The position numbers were made by a program, and so were the translations under genes. Positions 50,112 to 60,036 of a DNA stretch of 64,000 bases are shown one piece after another. A model generated the notes under the pieces. It searched no databases. It was not told the DNA's origin and saw only the letters and a program-made list of their open reading frames with translations. Source of the DNA: Alphaproteobacteria bacterium (GTDB taxonomy: Bacteria; Pseudomonadota; Alphaproteobacteria; GM7ARS4; G965262615); the NCBI GenBank assembly GCA_965262615.1, contig OZ253545.1:864001-928000 (forward strand), written 5' to 3'. Every line of letters starts with the position of its first letter. The first letter of the stretch is position 1.

Positions 50112-50954
50112 ATGAGACAGCAGCGCACCCTAGCAAAAGAATTGACGATTCGCGGCACTGCCATTCATCAAGGCGGTGATGCTGTCATTCGCCTCAAGCC
50201 ATCAGAAAGTAATTCGGGCATTGTTTTTGTGACGCAAGACGGCAAGACGATCCCTGCTTTGTGGAATTATGTGACACAGACCAATTATCAAACCACCCTG
50301 TCGCAAGGGAATCACTCCATCTCTTTGGTGGAGCATCTGATGGCAGCTCTGGCAGGATGCGGCATTGACAATGTGTCCATTGAGTGTGATGGCGCGGAAA
50401 TTCCCATCATGGACGGCAGCGCAAAACCCTTTGTGAAACAAATTCAAGAGGCGGGCATCGTGTCATTGGATGAAGCGTGTCGCCATATCAAGGTGGACAA
50501 AGAAATCTCAGTCAGTGATGGCGACAGCACCATCACACTGTCTCCGTGTGATGGTTTTGTTGTGGATTATGTCATTGACTTTGCCCACCCATTGATTGGA
50601 CGACAGCAGTTTTCTTACCGTCACGATGACGATTCCTTTGTGGATAATATTGCGCCCGCTCGCACTTTTGGTATGTATGAGGAGTGGGACTATCTGAAGT
50701 CACAGGGTTTGGCAAATGGTGCGTCTTTTGAGAATTCCATTGTTCTCAATAAGGAGGGCATGATGAATGACGATGGATTGCGTTTTGATGATGAGTTTGT
50801 GCGTCACAAAATTCTTGATTGTGTGGGGGACATGTATCTCGGTGGTGCGCGCATGGCGGCTCATGTGCGGGTGCATAAGGGAGGACATGGCTTGCATCGT
50901 GCGGCACTGGCGGCTCTTTTTGCCGATGATGATGCATGGTCGTGGCAAGCTTGA
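50112..50954 (+). CDS. lpxC: UDP-3-O-acyl-N-acetylglucosamine deacetylase
   Basis: QRTL, VEHLMAAL, PIMDGSA, ARTFG and HKILD.VGD motifs. Confidence 0.96.
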   Translation: MRQQRTLAKELTIRGTAIHQGGDAVIRLKPSESNSGIVFVTQDGKTIPALWNYVTQTNYQTTLSQGNHSISLVEHLMAALAGCGIDNVSIECDGAEIPIMDGSAKPFVKQIQEAGIVSLDEACRHIKVDKEISVSDGDSTITLSPCDGFVVDYVIDFAHPLIGRQQFSYRHDDDSFVDNIAPARTFGMYEEWDYLKSQGLANGASFENSIVLNKEGMMNDDGLRFDDEFVRHKILDCVGDMYLGGARMAAHVRVHKGGHGLHRAALAALFADDDAWSWQA

Positions 50955-50999
50955 TTTTAGTCTTGAGAAAATTACCATTCTTCAGTATAGGATAGAACA

Positions 51000-51932
51000 A
51001 TGGCATACCGATTTTTAGCAGTGGTCATCATCATGACATCGTGTGGCGGCGATGGTGGTAAGACTGTCCTGGTGACCGAACCGTTGGAAGTGGATGGCGC
51101 GCGCGGCTTTGCGGTCAGCGAGCGAGAGGTTGCCTTGTTATACAATGACGCTTTGGATCAATTGTATGATGAATCCTACCTCAAGGCATCGGAATTGTTT
51201 GAAGAGGTAGACCGAGAATATCCCTACTCCGCATGGTCTGCCAATGCTCAATTGATGGCTGCTTTTAGCTATTACATGGCGAATGATTTTGACGATGCGG
51301 TGGTGGCGTTGGATCAGTTTGTGAATTTCAATCCGTCTCATCGTTCTGTTCCCTATGCGTTATATCTCAAAGCGATGTGTTACTTTGAACAAATCAAGGA
51401 TGTGGAGCGGGAGCAAGAAAAGACTCTGCAGGCACTGGCGGCATTTGATCAGCTGATCAATCGCTATGAAGACACGCCCTATGGTCGTGATGGTCGGCGT
51501 CGGGTGGCGATTTTGGTGGATAATTTGGCGGGCAAAGAGATGGATATCGGTCGCTTTTATTTGGGTCAGGGTGAGTATCTTGCTGCGCTCAATCGCTTTA
51601 ATCAGGTTTTGGAGGATTATGGTTCTACCTTGCATGCTGTGGAGGCATTGCATCGTTTGGTGGAGGCGTATGTGGGTCTTGGTTTGCATGATGAGGCGTG
51701 GCGAGTGGCTGCCATTTTGGGACATAATTTCCCCGACAGTGACTGGTATAACGACAGCTATGCCTTGCTCGCGAAAAACGGCTTGTTGGAGGGAGATGCC
51801 AAGAGAGAACGCTTGTCCATTGAATCATTGCGGGAACAGGATCGGTTGTCGCTGGGCGGTGGCGGAGGAAATGACCTCAAGCGCATGTGGCACAAATTGC
51901 TGGAGGCAGGAACTGCTCAAAAGCGGTCGTAA
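51000..51932 (+). CDS. bamD: Outer membrane protein assembly factor BamD
   Basis: Lipobox-like MTSC; YPYSAWS, LAGKEMDIGRFY, EALHRLVEAY and LGHNFPDS.WY motifs. Confidence 0.92.
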   Translation: MAYRFLAVVIIMTSCGGDGGKTVLVTEPLEVDGARGFAVSEREVALLYNDALDQLYDESYLKASELFEEVDREYPYSAWSANAQLMAAFSYYMANDFDDAVVALDQFVNFNPSHRSVPYALYLKAMCYFEQIKDVEREQEKTLQALAAFDQLINRYEDTPYGRDGRRRVAILVDNLAGKEMDIGRFYLGQGEYLAALNRFNQVLEDYGSTLHAVEALHRLVEAYVGLGLHDEAWRVAAILGHNFPDSDWYNDSYALLAKNGLLEGDAKRERLSIESLREQDRLSLGGGGGNDLKRMWHKLLEAGTAQKRS

Positions 51933-51940
51933 CGGGTGTT

Positions 51941-53614
51941 ATGATCCAAAGTTTGTCCATACGGAACATTGTCTCTATCAAGAGTGCCGATATTGAATTT
52001 GGCAGGGGATTGAATGTTTTGAGTGGTGAGACGGGAGCGGGCAAATCCATTCTTCTGGATTCTTTGGGGTTGGCACTGGGATGGCGGGCGGAAAGCGGAT
52101 TGGCTCGTCCTCACGCAGATGTGTCATCGGTGACGGCATCCTTTCATTTTGACGAAAATTCCAATCTCACTCGTCTTGCCGCCCAGCATGATATTGAAAT
52201 CAAGGGCGATTTGATTTTGCGCCGCCAGCTCGCGGCGGATGGCAGAAGTCGGGCGTTTGTCAATGATCAGGCGGTGAGTGTGTCTTTTTTGCGCTCGGTG
52301 GGCGCGCTCTGTGTGGAGATTGAGGGACAGTTTGCCAGTCAGGGACTGCTGGATGGCAATAATCACCGAGAGTTTTTGGATGCCTTTGCCGACAACCATG
52401 AGGATCTTCATCAGTTGGCAATTCATCACGAGCGATACAAAGAGGCTATGCGGGCTTATCAAGAGGCGCGTGCCTCCTTTGAAGAGGCGGTGGCGCAGCG
52501 AGAATTTTGGCAGGCATCATTGAGTGAGTGTCAGGCATTGCAGCCGCGTGAGGGTGAAGAGACCGAACTCGCGCAAAAGCGCAAGCAAGCCATGCAACAA
52601 GAAAAAGTGAGAGAAACGCTTGCCGCCGCCGTTGCCGCCATGGAGGGTGACGGCAGACAGGGCGTCATGCCCGCCATGAATGTGTTGCAAAAATACATGA
52701 CAGAGCTCGCCAGTCAATTCGGCGAACGCTTTGGCAAAGCCAATGAGCGGGTGGAATCTGCCATGATTGAACTCTCCGATGTGGCGGCGCAACTGGCATC
52801 ATGGCAGTCTTCTATGGAGAGTGGTGAGCAATCGCTGGAAGCCATTGAGGAACGCTTTTTTGCCGTCAAGGGCATTGCGCGCAAGCATCAGGTGAGCGGC
52901 GACCAATTGCCTCAATTGATGGCATCATTGGAGAAAAAACTGCAATCGGTGCATGCGGGCGAAGAGAATTTAGACCAATTGGAAAAGACGCGCGATGAGG
53001 CATTTGCTCAATTCAAACACAGTGTGCTGCAATTGCGAGACCAGCGGTCACGCGCCGCGCGCCAGCTGGATGATGCCGTCATGAAGGAACTTGCGCCATT
53101 GAAATTGGAGCAAGGCACTTTTGTCACAAAGATTGACCAGTTGCCTGAGGATTCATGGAACGAGCATGGTGGCGATGAGATTCGTTTTCATGTGTCCATG
53201 AGCAAGGGTTTGCCTTTGGGAGCATTGGGCAAGGTGGCATCGGGGGGTGAGTTGTCTCGTTTGATGCTGGCACTGCGGGTTGCGGGGGCATCGGTGCGCT
53301 CGCCGCCCAGTTTGATTTTTGACGAAGTGGATAGCGGCATCGGCGGCGCGGTGGCAGCCGCGGTGGGAGCGCGTTTGCGCATGTTGAGTCAAAATCGTCA
53401 GGTTATTGTGGTGACCCATTCGCCGCAGGTCACGGCGGCGGCGCATCATCACTTTAAGGTGCGAAAAATGGAGGATGCCGCCATTGCATCAACCCATATC
53501 TCCGTGCTTGATCACGAACAGCGCACCCAAGAGGTTGCTCGTATGCTCGCAGGAGCGGAAATCACCCAAGAAGCAACGGATGCGGCGAACCGTCTCTTAC
53601 GCAGTCATGAATAG
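51941..53614 (+). CDS. recN: DNA repair protein RecN
   Basis: SGETGAGKS, ASGGELSR, IFDEVD and VTHSPQV motifs; coiled coil. Confidence 0.96.
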   Translation: MIQSLSIRNIVSIKSADIEFGRGLNVLSGETGAGKSILLDSLGLALGWRAESGLARPHADVSSVTASFHFDENSNLTRLAAQHDIEIKGDLILRRQLAADGRSRAFVNDQAVSVSFLRSVGALCVEIEGQFASQGLLDGNNHREFLDAFADNHEDLHQLAIHHERYKEAMRAYQEARASFEEAVAQREFWQASLSECQALQPREGEETELAQKRKQAMQQEKVRETLAAAVAAMEGDGRQGVMPAMNVLQKYMTELASQFGERFGKANERVESAMIELSDVAAQLASWQSSMESGEQSLEAIEERFFAVKGIARKHQVSGDQLPQLMASLEKKLQSVHAGEENLDQLEKTRDEAFAQFKHSVLQLRDQRSRAARQLDDAVMKELAPLKLEQGTFVTKIDQLPEDSWNEHGGDEIRFHVSMSKGLPLGALGKVASGGELSRLMLALRVAGASVRSPPSLIFDEVDSGIGGAVAAAVGARLRMLSQNRQVIVVTHSPQVTAAAHHHFKVRKMEDAAIASTHISVLDHEQRTQEVARMLAGAEITQEATDAANRLLRSHE

Positions 53615-55703
53615 ACGCAGTGCCACACACCAACTGAGCAAGGAACAAGCCGCCAAAGAATTAGAAGAATTGGCACGAGAGATTGTGCGTCACAATCAAG
53701 CCTATTACGGTGGCAAGCCAAAGATTGAGGATTGGCAGTATGACGAATTGCGCCGCCGCGTGGCGTTGCTGGAGAAGCGATTTCCTCAGCTGCATCACCA
53801 CAAGGACGCATTGGCTGCCATTGGCGCGCCACCCAGCAAGAGTTTTCAATCCGTTGTTCATCCATCGCCCATGCTGTCGCTGGACAATGCTCATACTGAG
53901 GAGGATATGAATCAATTTGAACAAAGCATCAGGCGTTTTCTCAAGACGGATGAATCGTTTGCTTATTTTTGTGAGGCAAAGATTGATGGCTTGTCGGTCA
54001 ATCTTTTCTACAAGGACGGCGTGTATCAGTGGGGTGCGACCCGTGGCGATGGCACGCGCGGCGAGGATGTCAGTGCCAACATCGCCACCATCACAACTAT
54101 TCCTCAAAGCATTGGTGATGCCGTGCCGTCTCATATGGAGATTCGCGGTGAGGTCTATATGCGCTATGAGATTTTTGACCAGCTGAAAAAAGACCATGAT
54201 TTTGCCAATGCGCGCAATGCGGCGGTGGGAAGCTTGCGTCAGCAGGATTCGTGCGTCACCCGTGAGCGCAAGCTGTCATTTTTTGCACACGGAGCAACGG
54301 GACTGCACAGCAAAAGCCAAGAGCAGATGATGAACCAGCTGGCGCGCTGGGGATTTCCCATTCATCCTCATAACAAATTGTGTCATGACCATGAGGCTGT
54401 GGTGGCGCATTATGAGCATTTGATGGCGATTCGGCAATCATCACTCAATCATGACATTGATGGCATGGTGGTGAAGGTGAATGACGGTGGCTATCAGGCG
54501 CGTCTCGGCGTGGGGACTCGTGCGCCGCGCTGGGCGATTGCTTGGAAATTTCCCGCCAGCCGTGCCACCACACAGCTGCTTGATGTCATGTGGCAGGTGG
54601 GCAGACACGGCACGCTCACGCCTGTGGCTCATTTGAAGGGGGTGATGGTGGGAGGTGTCACGGTGCAGCGAGCCAGCTTGCACAATATGGATGAGATTGA
54701 GCGATTGGACTTGCACGATGGTGACACCGTCATTGTGGAGCGCGCGGGCGATGTCATTCCCAAAGTCATAGGGGTGGAGACGGAAAAGCGCGCACACAAT
54801 GCCAAGCCTGTTGTGCCACCCAAGGAGTGCCCCTCGTGCGGGCATCCAGTGGCAAAGAGGGATGATGATCAGGTGCAGTTGTATTGTCAGCAATCATGGC
54901 ACTGCAAGGCTCAGGTGCTGGCGCGCTTGCAACACTGTGTGCACCGTCATTGTTTTGACATCGCCTCGCTGGGAAGCAAACGAATTCAGAAATTTTATGA
55001 GGATGACATCATTAGATGGCGGGCATTGCATGATGTGTTTTGCCTCAAAAAGCATGAAAAATACTTGTTAAAAAAAGAGGGATGGGGTGAGCAATCGGTG
55101 AGTCAATTGCTGGCAGAGATTGAAACGGCGCGTGATGTGTCACTGCCGCGTTTTTTGTATGCTTTGGGCATTGCCGATGTGGGAGAGCGGTCATCGCAAT
55201 TGTTGGCGCGCCTCATAGAAAAGAAAAAAAATAACAAGTCAGAATTGTTGGCGGTGATAACAAAAGCCGACTTTGCCCAAGAGATTGAAGCCACGCATGG
55301 CTTGGGAGCAGTGATGGCAAACGCATGGCGATCTTTTTTTGATAATCAAGACCAATATGATATGGTGAAGGAACTACTGAAAGCCGTGACCATTCGTCAC
55401 GAGGAAGCATCGCACGATGGCAGTCGCGTCTTGGAAGGTCTTCGTCTTGTGTTCACGGGGACGCTGTCTATGAGCCGTCAGGAGGCAAAGGCGTTGGCGG
55501 AACGACACGGCGCGTTTGTCATGTCCGATGTGTCAGCCAGTGTCAATTATGTCATTGCCGGTGACAAGGCGGGCGGCAAGCGCAAAAAAGCCGAAGCATT
55601 GAACATTCCCGTGCTGGATGAGCAGGGGTTTCACCAATTGCTCACAGGGGAGCGCATTTCTCAGCAAGGAAGTCTTTTTGCATCGCTGTCAGATGAGGCA
55701 TGA
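53607..55703 (+). CDS. ligA: NAD-dependent DNA ligase
   Basis: HPSPMLSLDN, EAKIDGLS, TRGDG, Zn finger and BRCT domain. Confidence 0.96.
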   Translation: MNRRSATHQLSKEQAAKELEELAREIVRHNQAYYGGKPKIEDWQYDELRRRVALLEKRFPQLHHHKDALAAIGAPPSKSFQSVVHPSPMLSLDNAHTEEDMNQFEQSIRRFLKTDESFAYFCEAKIDGLSVNLFYKDGVYQWGATRGDGTRGEDVSANIATITTIPQSIGDAVPSHMEIRGEVYMRYEIFDQLKKDHDFANARNAAVGSLRQQDSCVTRERKLSFFAHGATGLHSKSQEQMMNQLARWGFPIHPHNKLCHDHEAVVAHYEHLMAIRQSSLNHDIDGMVVKVNDGGYQARLGVGTRAPRWAIAWKFPASRATTQLLDVMWQVGRHGTLTPVAHLKGVMVGGVTVQRASLHNMDEIERLDLHDGDTVIVERAGDVIPKVIGVETEKRAHNAKPVVPPKECPSCGHPVAKRDDDQVQLYCQQSWHCKAQVLARLQHCVHRHCFDIASLGSKRIQKFYEDDIIRWRALHDVFCLKKHEKYLLKKEGWGEQSVSQLLAEIETARDVSLPRFLYALGIADVGERSSQLLARLIEKKKNNKSELLAVITKADFAQEIEATHGLGAVMANAWRSFFDNQDQYDMVKELLKAVTIRHEEASHDGSRVLEGLRLVFTGTLSMSRQEAKALAERHGAFVMSDVSASVNYVIAGDKAGGKRKKAEALNIPVLDEQGFHQLLTGERISQQGSLFASLSDEA

Positions 55704-57498
55704 GGCGCGCCGCTATGGTCGCATGATAGTCATCAATTTGTTTGATTTCTTGGGCGGTGAGCCGTGTTGCATCAATAAGATTGCGCTCATAGGGCACGAG
55801 GGTGAGACACTCTAAACGAGTCATGCCGCCTTCATGATGGGTAAGAACAAGATTCTCCAACCGAATGCCGTGCGAGTGTGCCTCATAATAACCGGGCTCA
55901 ACGGAGACAATCATGTGGTGTGGCAGCGGACGCTTTTCGCGCGCATTGATGGCAACGGGACCCTCATGAACAGTCAGACAGCTGCCCACGCCGTGTCCTG
56001 TGCCGTGAGGATAGTCGCATCCTTCATTGGCAAGAATGGTGCGCGCCAAGCCATCCCATTGCTGCGCGGGAGCATCAGATGGCAGTCTTGCTCGTAGCAC
56101 CGCCAGCAATGCCTTGAGAACCAAAGTATAATGAACGCAATAGATGGCTTTGTTGGCACGACTGCCGCGCAAAAGAGAACGGGTGACATCCGTGGTGGCA
56201 CTGTGATAGTGACATCCCGAATCCAGCAGCAGTATCTCGCCTTTATGCCACTCGCGCTGATGAGGCGGCTTGGGATGATAATGAACAATCGCGGCATTCT
56301 CGCCCGCCGCCGCAATGGTGGGAAAACTATCCATGCGAGCGGTGGCATCCTTGTGCCGCCAGCGATGAACACATTGGGCAATGCGCCATTCGTCCCAATT
56401 GGCATCTTGTGTCAGTTCGTGCCATGTGGCAATCAAGGCGATGGCATCTTTGTGGTGGGCATCGTGCGCGCCTGCGATTTCTGTCTCATTTTTTTGGGCG
56501 CGTGCCTCAAGACACGGATCATCCACCACAGACACGGTTTTTGCCACCTTGTGAATGGCATCATAAAACCAGTAAGGAGCATCACGGGCAATGGCAATGC
56601 GGCGGTGATGACACGCCTGCACCAGTTCATGCTCTTGAGTCGCCACGCGCACCACAGAAGACAAAGGCGGGGTGTCATCATTGCGCCACGGCAATGCCGT
56701 GCCGTCGCGCATCACCATCGCCCGCCCGCACACCACAGAAGACAAAGGCGGGGTGTCATCATTGCGCCACGGCAATGCCGTGCCGTCGCGCATCACCATC
56801 GCCCGCCCGCACACCACAGAAGACAAAGGCGGGGTGTCACCATTGCACCACAGCAATGCCGTGCCGTCGCGCATCACCATCGCCCGCCCACACACCACAG
56901 GACTATAGGCAATGGCATCACCTCGGATGTTAAAGAGCCATGAGACCGATGCACTATCGCCAATGAAAATCCCATCCCAGCTGTGCTTGGTGAGAAATTG
57001 AACGAGCCGATGAATTTTCTCCTCATGTTTCACCCCCGCGGCACTGAGAGGATGGGGCGTGATGTGTTGGTCTATTGTTACCGTCTCTTGCGATAGAGGA
57101 TGAGGCGAGAGAGCCGTCAGTGACGCATCATGACGGCTGAAAACATGTCGCCATCGCTGCACCGTCTCAATGGTGTGATAGCGCGCATCATAGACCCATG
57201 TGTGTCTTTTCGTGAGATTTTGGTCAAACCATTCGTGCAGTGTCTGTGTTGCCAGAGAAAAATCGGTGAGCTCTTTATGTGCCTGCAATTGGTATCGTCC
57301 ATCAGTGAACACGATGGCGCGCGTGGCGGTGATGACGGCAATGCCCGCCGAGCCACTAAAGCCAGTGACATCATAAACCATGCGGCGATGAGGCGGCGGA
57401 AATTCGTGTTGCCATTCATCACTGTGAGGAATGATGATGCCCTCATATCCTTGCTTTGTGAGCCACGCCCGACACCGCTGCAGCATTGCCTCACTCAT
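55642..57498 (-). CDS. Xaa-Pro aminopeptidase (M24) with an internal 27-aa triplication
   Basis: FTDGRY, LLDSG, TTDVTR, HGTGHGVG...HEGP, EPGYY and IRLEN motifs. Confidence 0.9.
   Translation of the reverse strand: MSEAMLQRCRAWLTKQGYEGIIIPHSDEWQHEFPPPHRRMVYDVTGFSGSAGIAVITATRAIVFTDGRYQLQAHKELTDFSLATQTLHEWFDQNLTKRHTWVYDARYHTIETVQRWRHVFSRHDASLTALSPHPLSQETVTIDQHITPHPLSAAGVKHEEKIHRLVQFLTKHSWDGIFIGDSASVSWLFNIRGDAIAYSPVVCGRAMVMRDGTALLWCNGDTPPLSSVVCGRAMVMRDGTALPWRNDDTPPLSSVVCGRAMVMRDGTALPWRNDDTPPLSSVVRVATQEHELVQACHHRRIAIARDAPYWFYDAIHKVAKTVSVVDDPCLEARAQKNETEIAGAHDAHHKDAIALIATWHELTQDANWDEWRIAQCVHRWRHKDATARMDSFPTIAAAGENAAIVHYHPKPPHQREWHKGEILLLDSGCHYHSATTDVTRSLLRGSRANKAIYCVHYTLVLKALLAVLRARLPSDAPAQQWDGLARTILANEGCDYPHGTGHGVGSCLTVHEGPVAINAREKRPLPHHMIVSVEPGYYEAHSHGIRLENLVLTHHEGGMTRLECLTLVPYERNLIDATRLTAQEIKQIDDYHATIAARLMPHLTAMQKDFLAEKCAPL
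56650..56900 (-). repeat. 3 x 81-bp in-frame tandem repeat inside the aminopeptidase gene
   Basis: CACCACAG anchors at 56650, 56731, 56812 and 56893; unit VVCGRAMVMRDGTALxWxNxDTPPLSS. Confidence 0.95.
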
Positions 57499-59479
57499 GA
57501 TGCCAGGTCATGGCACCCATGGACGATGCTGGCGTGTGGGCGGTGCGATCCGACAGCACTTCGGTGACATCATCGGGCAGATTGTTGAGAAAGCGCGACG
57601 GCAGGCAGTCCATCCAATGACCATAGAGTCGCCGTCGTGCGGCGGCAGAAATGGTCAATTGGGAGCGCGCCCGTGTGATGCCCACATAGGCAAGGCGGCG
57701 TTCTTCCTCCAAGCCGGTCTCGCCGGATTCATTGAGCACCCGTTGATGAGGAAACAATCCCTCCTCCCAGCCGGGCAGAAACACCACATGAAATTCCAAT
57801 CCTTTGGCGGCGTGAAGGGTCATGAGTTGCACGGCTTCTTGTTGCTGGGTGGGAGTCTCCATCTCGGTGACAAGACTCACATGCTCCAAAAAATCGGCAA
57901 TGGTGGCGTGATGACTGATGGCTGTGATCAATTCGCCCAAATTGTCCAGACGATTTTTGTCTTTTTCTTCGGCTGAATTTTTCAGCATGGCATAGTATCC
58001 CGATTTTTCCAGCAACAGATGTGCCAATTGTTCGGGCTTCATGGAAACGGCGGATTGCCGCCAATGCACAAGGGCGTTGTGAAACAATTGCAACTTGCGA
58101 GCAACACTGTGCGAGACATGATTGTGTGTCACACACTCTTCGATGGCGGCGCATAAGGAACATTTGTGTTCAAGGGCATAGTGTTTGAGGGCATTCATGG
58201 TGGTGGAGCCAATGCCACGCCGCGGCAGATTGATGATGCGCTGCAGTGCGAGGTCGTCACTGTCTTCATTGATTAAGCGCAGGTAGGCAAGGGCATCGCG
58301 AATTTCTCGGCGTTCGTAAAAGCGCATGCCGCCGATGATGCGATAGTCAATGCGGCGTTCAATCAGAGCCTCTTCCAGTTCGCGCAATTGAGCCGATGTG
58401 CGCACAAGGACGGCGATGTCATTGAGGGTCTGATCGCGTGCTTTGAGCATTTGAATGCTGTGAGCAATGGCGGCGGCTTCATGACCACTGTCCCAAAAAT
58501 GACGCACCAACACCTTGTCTCCCTCATTTTGTGCGGTCCAGAGTTCTTTGCCGAGCCGCGCCCTGTTTTCATTGATGATTCCTCCCGCCGCCTTTAAGAT
58601 GGCATGGCTGGAGCGATAATTGCGTTCCAGACGAATGATGTGAGCATCCTCAAAATTGCGTTCAAAATGCAGGATGTTGGTCACCTGTGCGCCGCGCCAG
58701 CCATAGATGGACTGGTCATCATCTCCCACACAGCAAATATTGCGATGGTGTCCCAGTAGCACACGCAGCCACAGGTATTGTGCCGTGTTGGTGTCTTGAT
58801 ACTCATCCACCAAAATATGTTCAAATTGTTTTTGCCACAGTGTGGCAATTTCTTCATTGCGCTTGAGCAGAGTGATGACATGCAAAATGAGGTCGCCAAA
58901 GTCGCAGCTGTTCATGGCAAAGAGCCGCTCTTGATAGGCGCGATAGAGTTCAAATCCTTTGCGATAGAGGCTATGATGATCCTTCTCATCCAGCTCATTG
59001 GGTGTGCGGGCGTCATTTTTCCATTGGTCAATGGTGGCGGCGACAAGGCGTTCGGGAATTTTTTTTCTGTCCAGACCGAGATCCTCCATGATGTTTTTGA
59101 TGAGTCGCAATTGGTCATCGTCATCAAGGATGATGAAATTGGGCTTGAGTCCGATGGCTTCGGCGTGGCGTCTGAGAATACGCGCGCTCAGAGAATGAAA
59201 TGTGCCAATAAAGGTGGGCGTTTGCAGATGGGAGTCGGCGAGCAATTGGGCAACCCGCTCTTTCATTTCGCTGGCGGCTTTGTTGGTAAAGGTGACCGCC
59301 AGAATGCGTTGTGGGTCAATAGTGTGTTCCAGCATGAGCCAGGCAATGCGAGAGGTGAGGGTTTTGGTTTTGCCCGTGCCGGCACCGGCAAGAATCAGCA
59401 AAGGACCGTTTTTGTGACGCACCGCTTCTTGTTGTTCTTTATTGAGATTATTCACATGGTGATGTATGGAGTGAGTCAT
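57491..59479 (-). CDS. uvrD: UvrD/PcrA family DNA helicase
   Basis: LAGAGTGKT, VTFTNKAA, VDEYQD, VGDDDQSIY, HAAKGLEF and EERRLAYV motifs. Confidence 0.95.
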   Translation of the reverse strand: MTHSIHHHVNNLNKEQQEAVRHKNGPLLILAGAGTGKTKTLTSRIAWLMLEHTIDPQRILAVTFTNKAASEMKERVAQLLADSHLQTPTFIGTFHSLSARILRRHAEAIGLKPNFIILDDDDQLRLIKNIMEDLGLDRKKIPERLVAATIDQWKNDARTPNELDEKDHHSLYRKGFELYRAYQERLFAMNSCDFGDLILHVITLLKRNEEIATLWQKQFEHILVDEYQDTNTAQYLWLRVLLGHHRNICCVGDDDQSIYGWRGAQVTNILHFERNFEDAHIIRLERNYRSSHAILKAAGGIINENRARLGKELWTAQNEGDKVLVRHFWDSGHEAAAIAHSIQMLKARDQTLNDIAVLVRTSAQLRELEEALIERRIDYRIIGGMRFYERREIRDALAYLRLINEDSDDLALQRIINLPRRGIGSTTMNALKHYALEHKCSLCAAIEECVTHNHVSHSVARKLQLFHNALVHWRQSAVSMKPEQLAHLLLEKSGYYAMLKNSAEEKDKNRLDNLGELITAISHHATIADFLEHVSLVTEMETPTQQQEAVQLMTLHAAKGLEFHVVFLPGWEEGLFPHQRVLNESGETGLEEERRLAYVGITRARSQLTISAAARRRLYGHWMDCLPSRFLNNLPDDVTEVLSDRTAHTPASSMGAMTWHHE

Positions 59480-59987
59480 GGGTTCATGTTTAATACGGTT
59501 ATGGCAAGCTCGCAAGCTGGCACTGATGATGTGCTTGCTGTTATTTTCTGGCGATTGGGTGGCGGCGGCGAATTCGTTGCCTCGCTTTGTCTCTTCGCGA
59601 GTGGGAGAGGTGAATGTGCGAGCGGGACCGGGGATGGATTATCCCATTGTGCGGCGTTACATGCGAGCGGGTATTCCTCTTGAGATTGTGGCGGCGGTCA
59701 AAGAGTGGCGGCGTGTGCGTGATTGGGACGGCAAGGAGGGGTGGGTGCATCGTCTGATGCTCAATCAGGCGCGCACCGCACGCGTGGCATCAACCCGCGC
59801 CATTGTGCGCCATCATGCCGATGCCCGCTCTGCCATTATGATCTATGTGGAGCAGGGCGTGTTTGTCTCGGTGCGCGAGTGTCGCGCTGAGTGGTGTCTG
59901 ATTGCCATTAGCGACCAGTACGAGGGATGGATTGTCCGCTCCAGTCTGTGGGGCGTCTATCCCGATGAGGAAATCAACCAAGAATGA
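59478..59987 (+). CDS. Bacterial SH3-domain protein (tandem SH3, exported)
   Basis: LPRFVS....VNVRAGPG..YPI, WRRVRDWDGKEGWVH and LWGVYP motifs; true start may be ATG 59526. Confidence 0.88.
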   Translation: MGSCLIRLWQARKLALMMCLLLFSGDWVAAANSLPRFVSSRVGEVNVRAGPGMDYPIVRRYMRAGIPLEIVAAVKEWRRVRDWDGKEGWVHRLMLNQARTARVASTRAIVRHHADARSAIMIYVEQGVFVSVRECRAEWCLIAISDQYEGWIVRSSLWGVYPDEEINQE

Positions 59988-60036
59988 ATTTGTGAGGCAC
60001 AAAATCACCCTCGCGGTCACACATAGTGTGATTATA

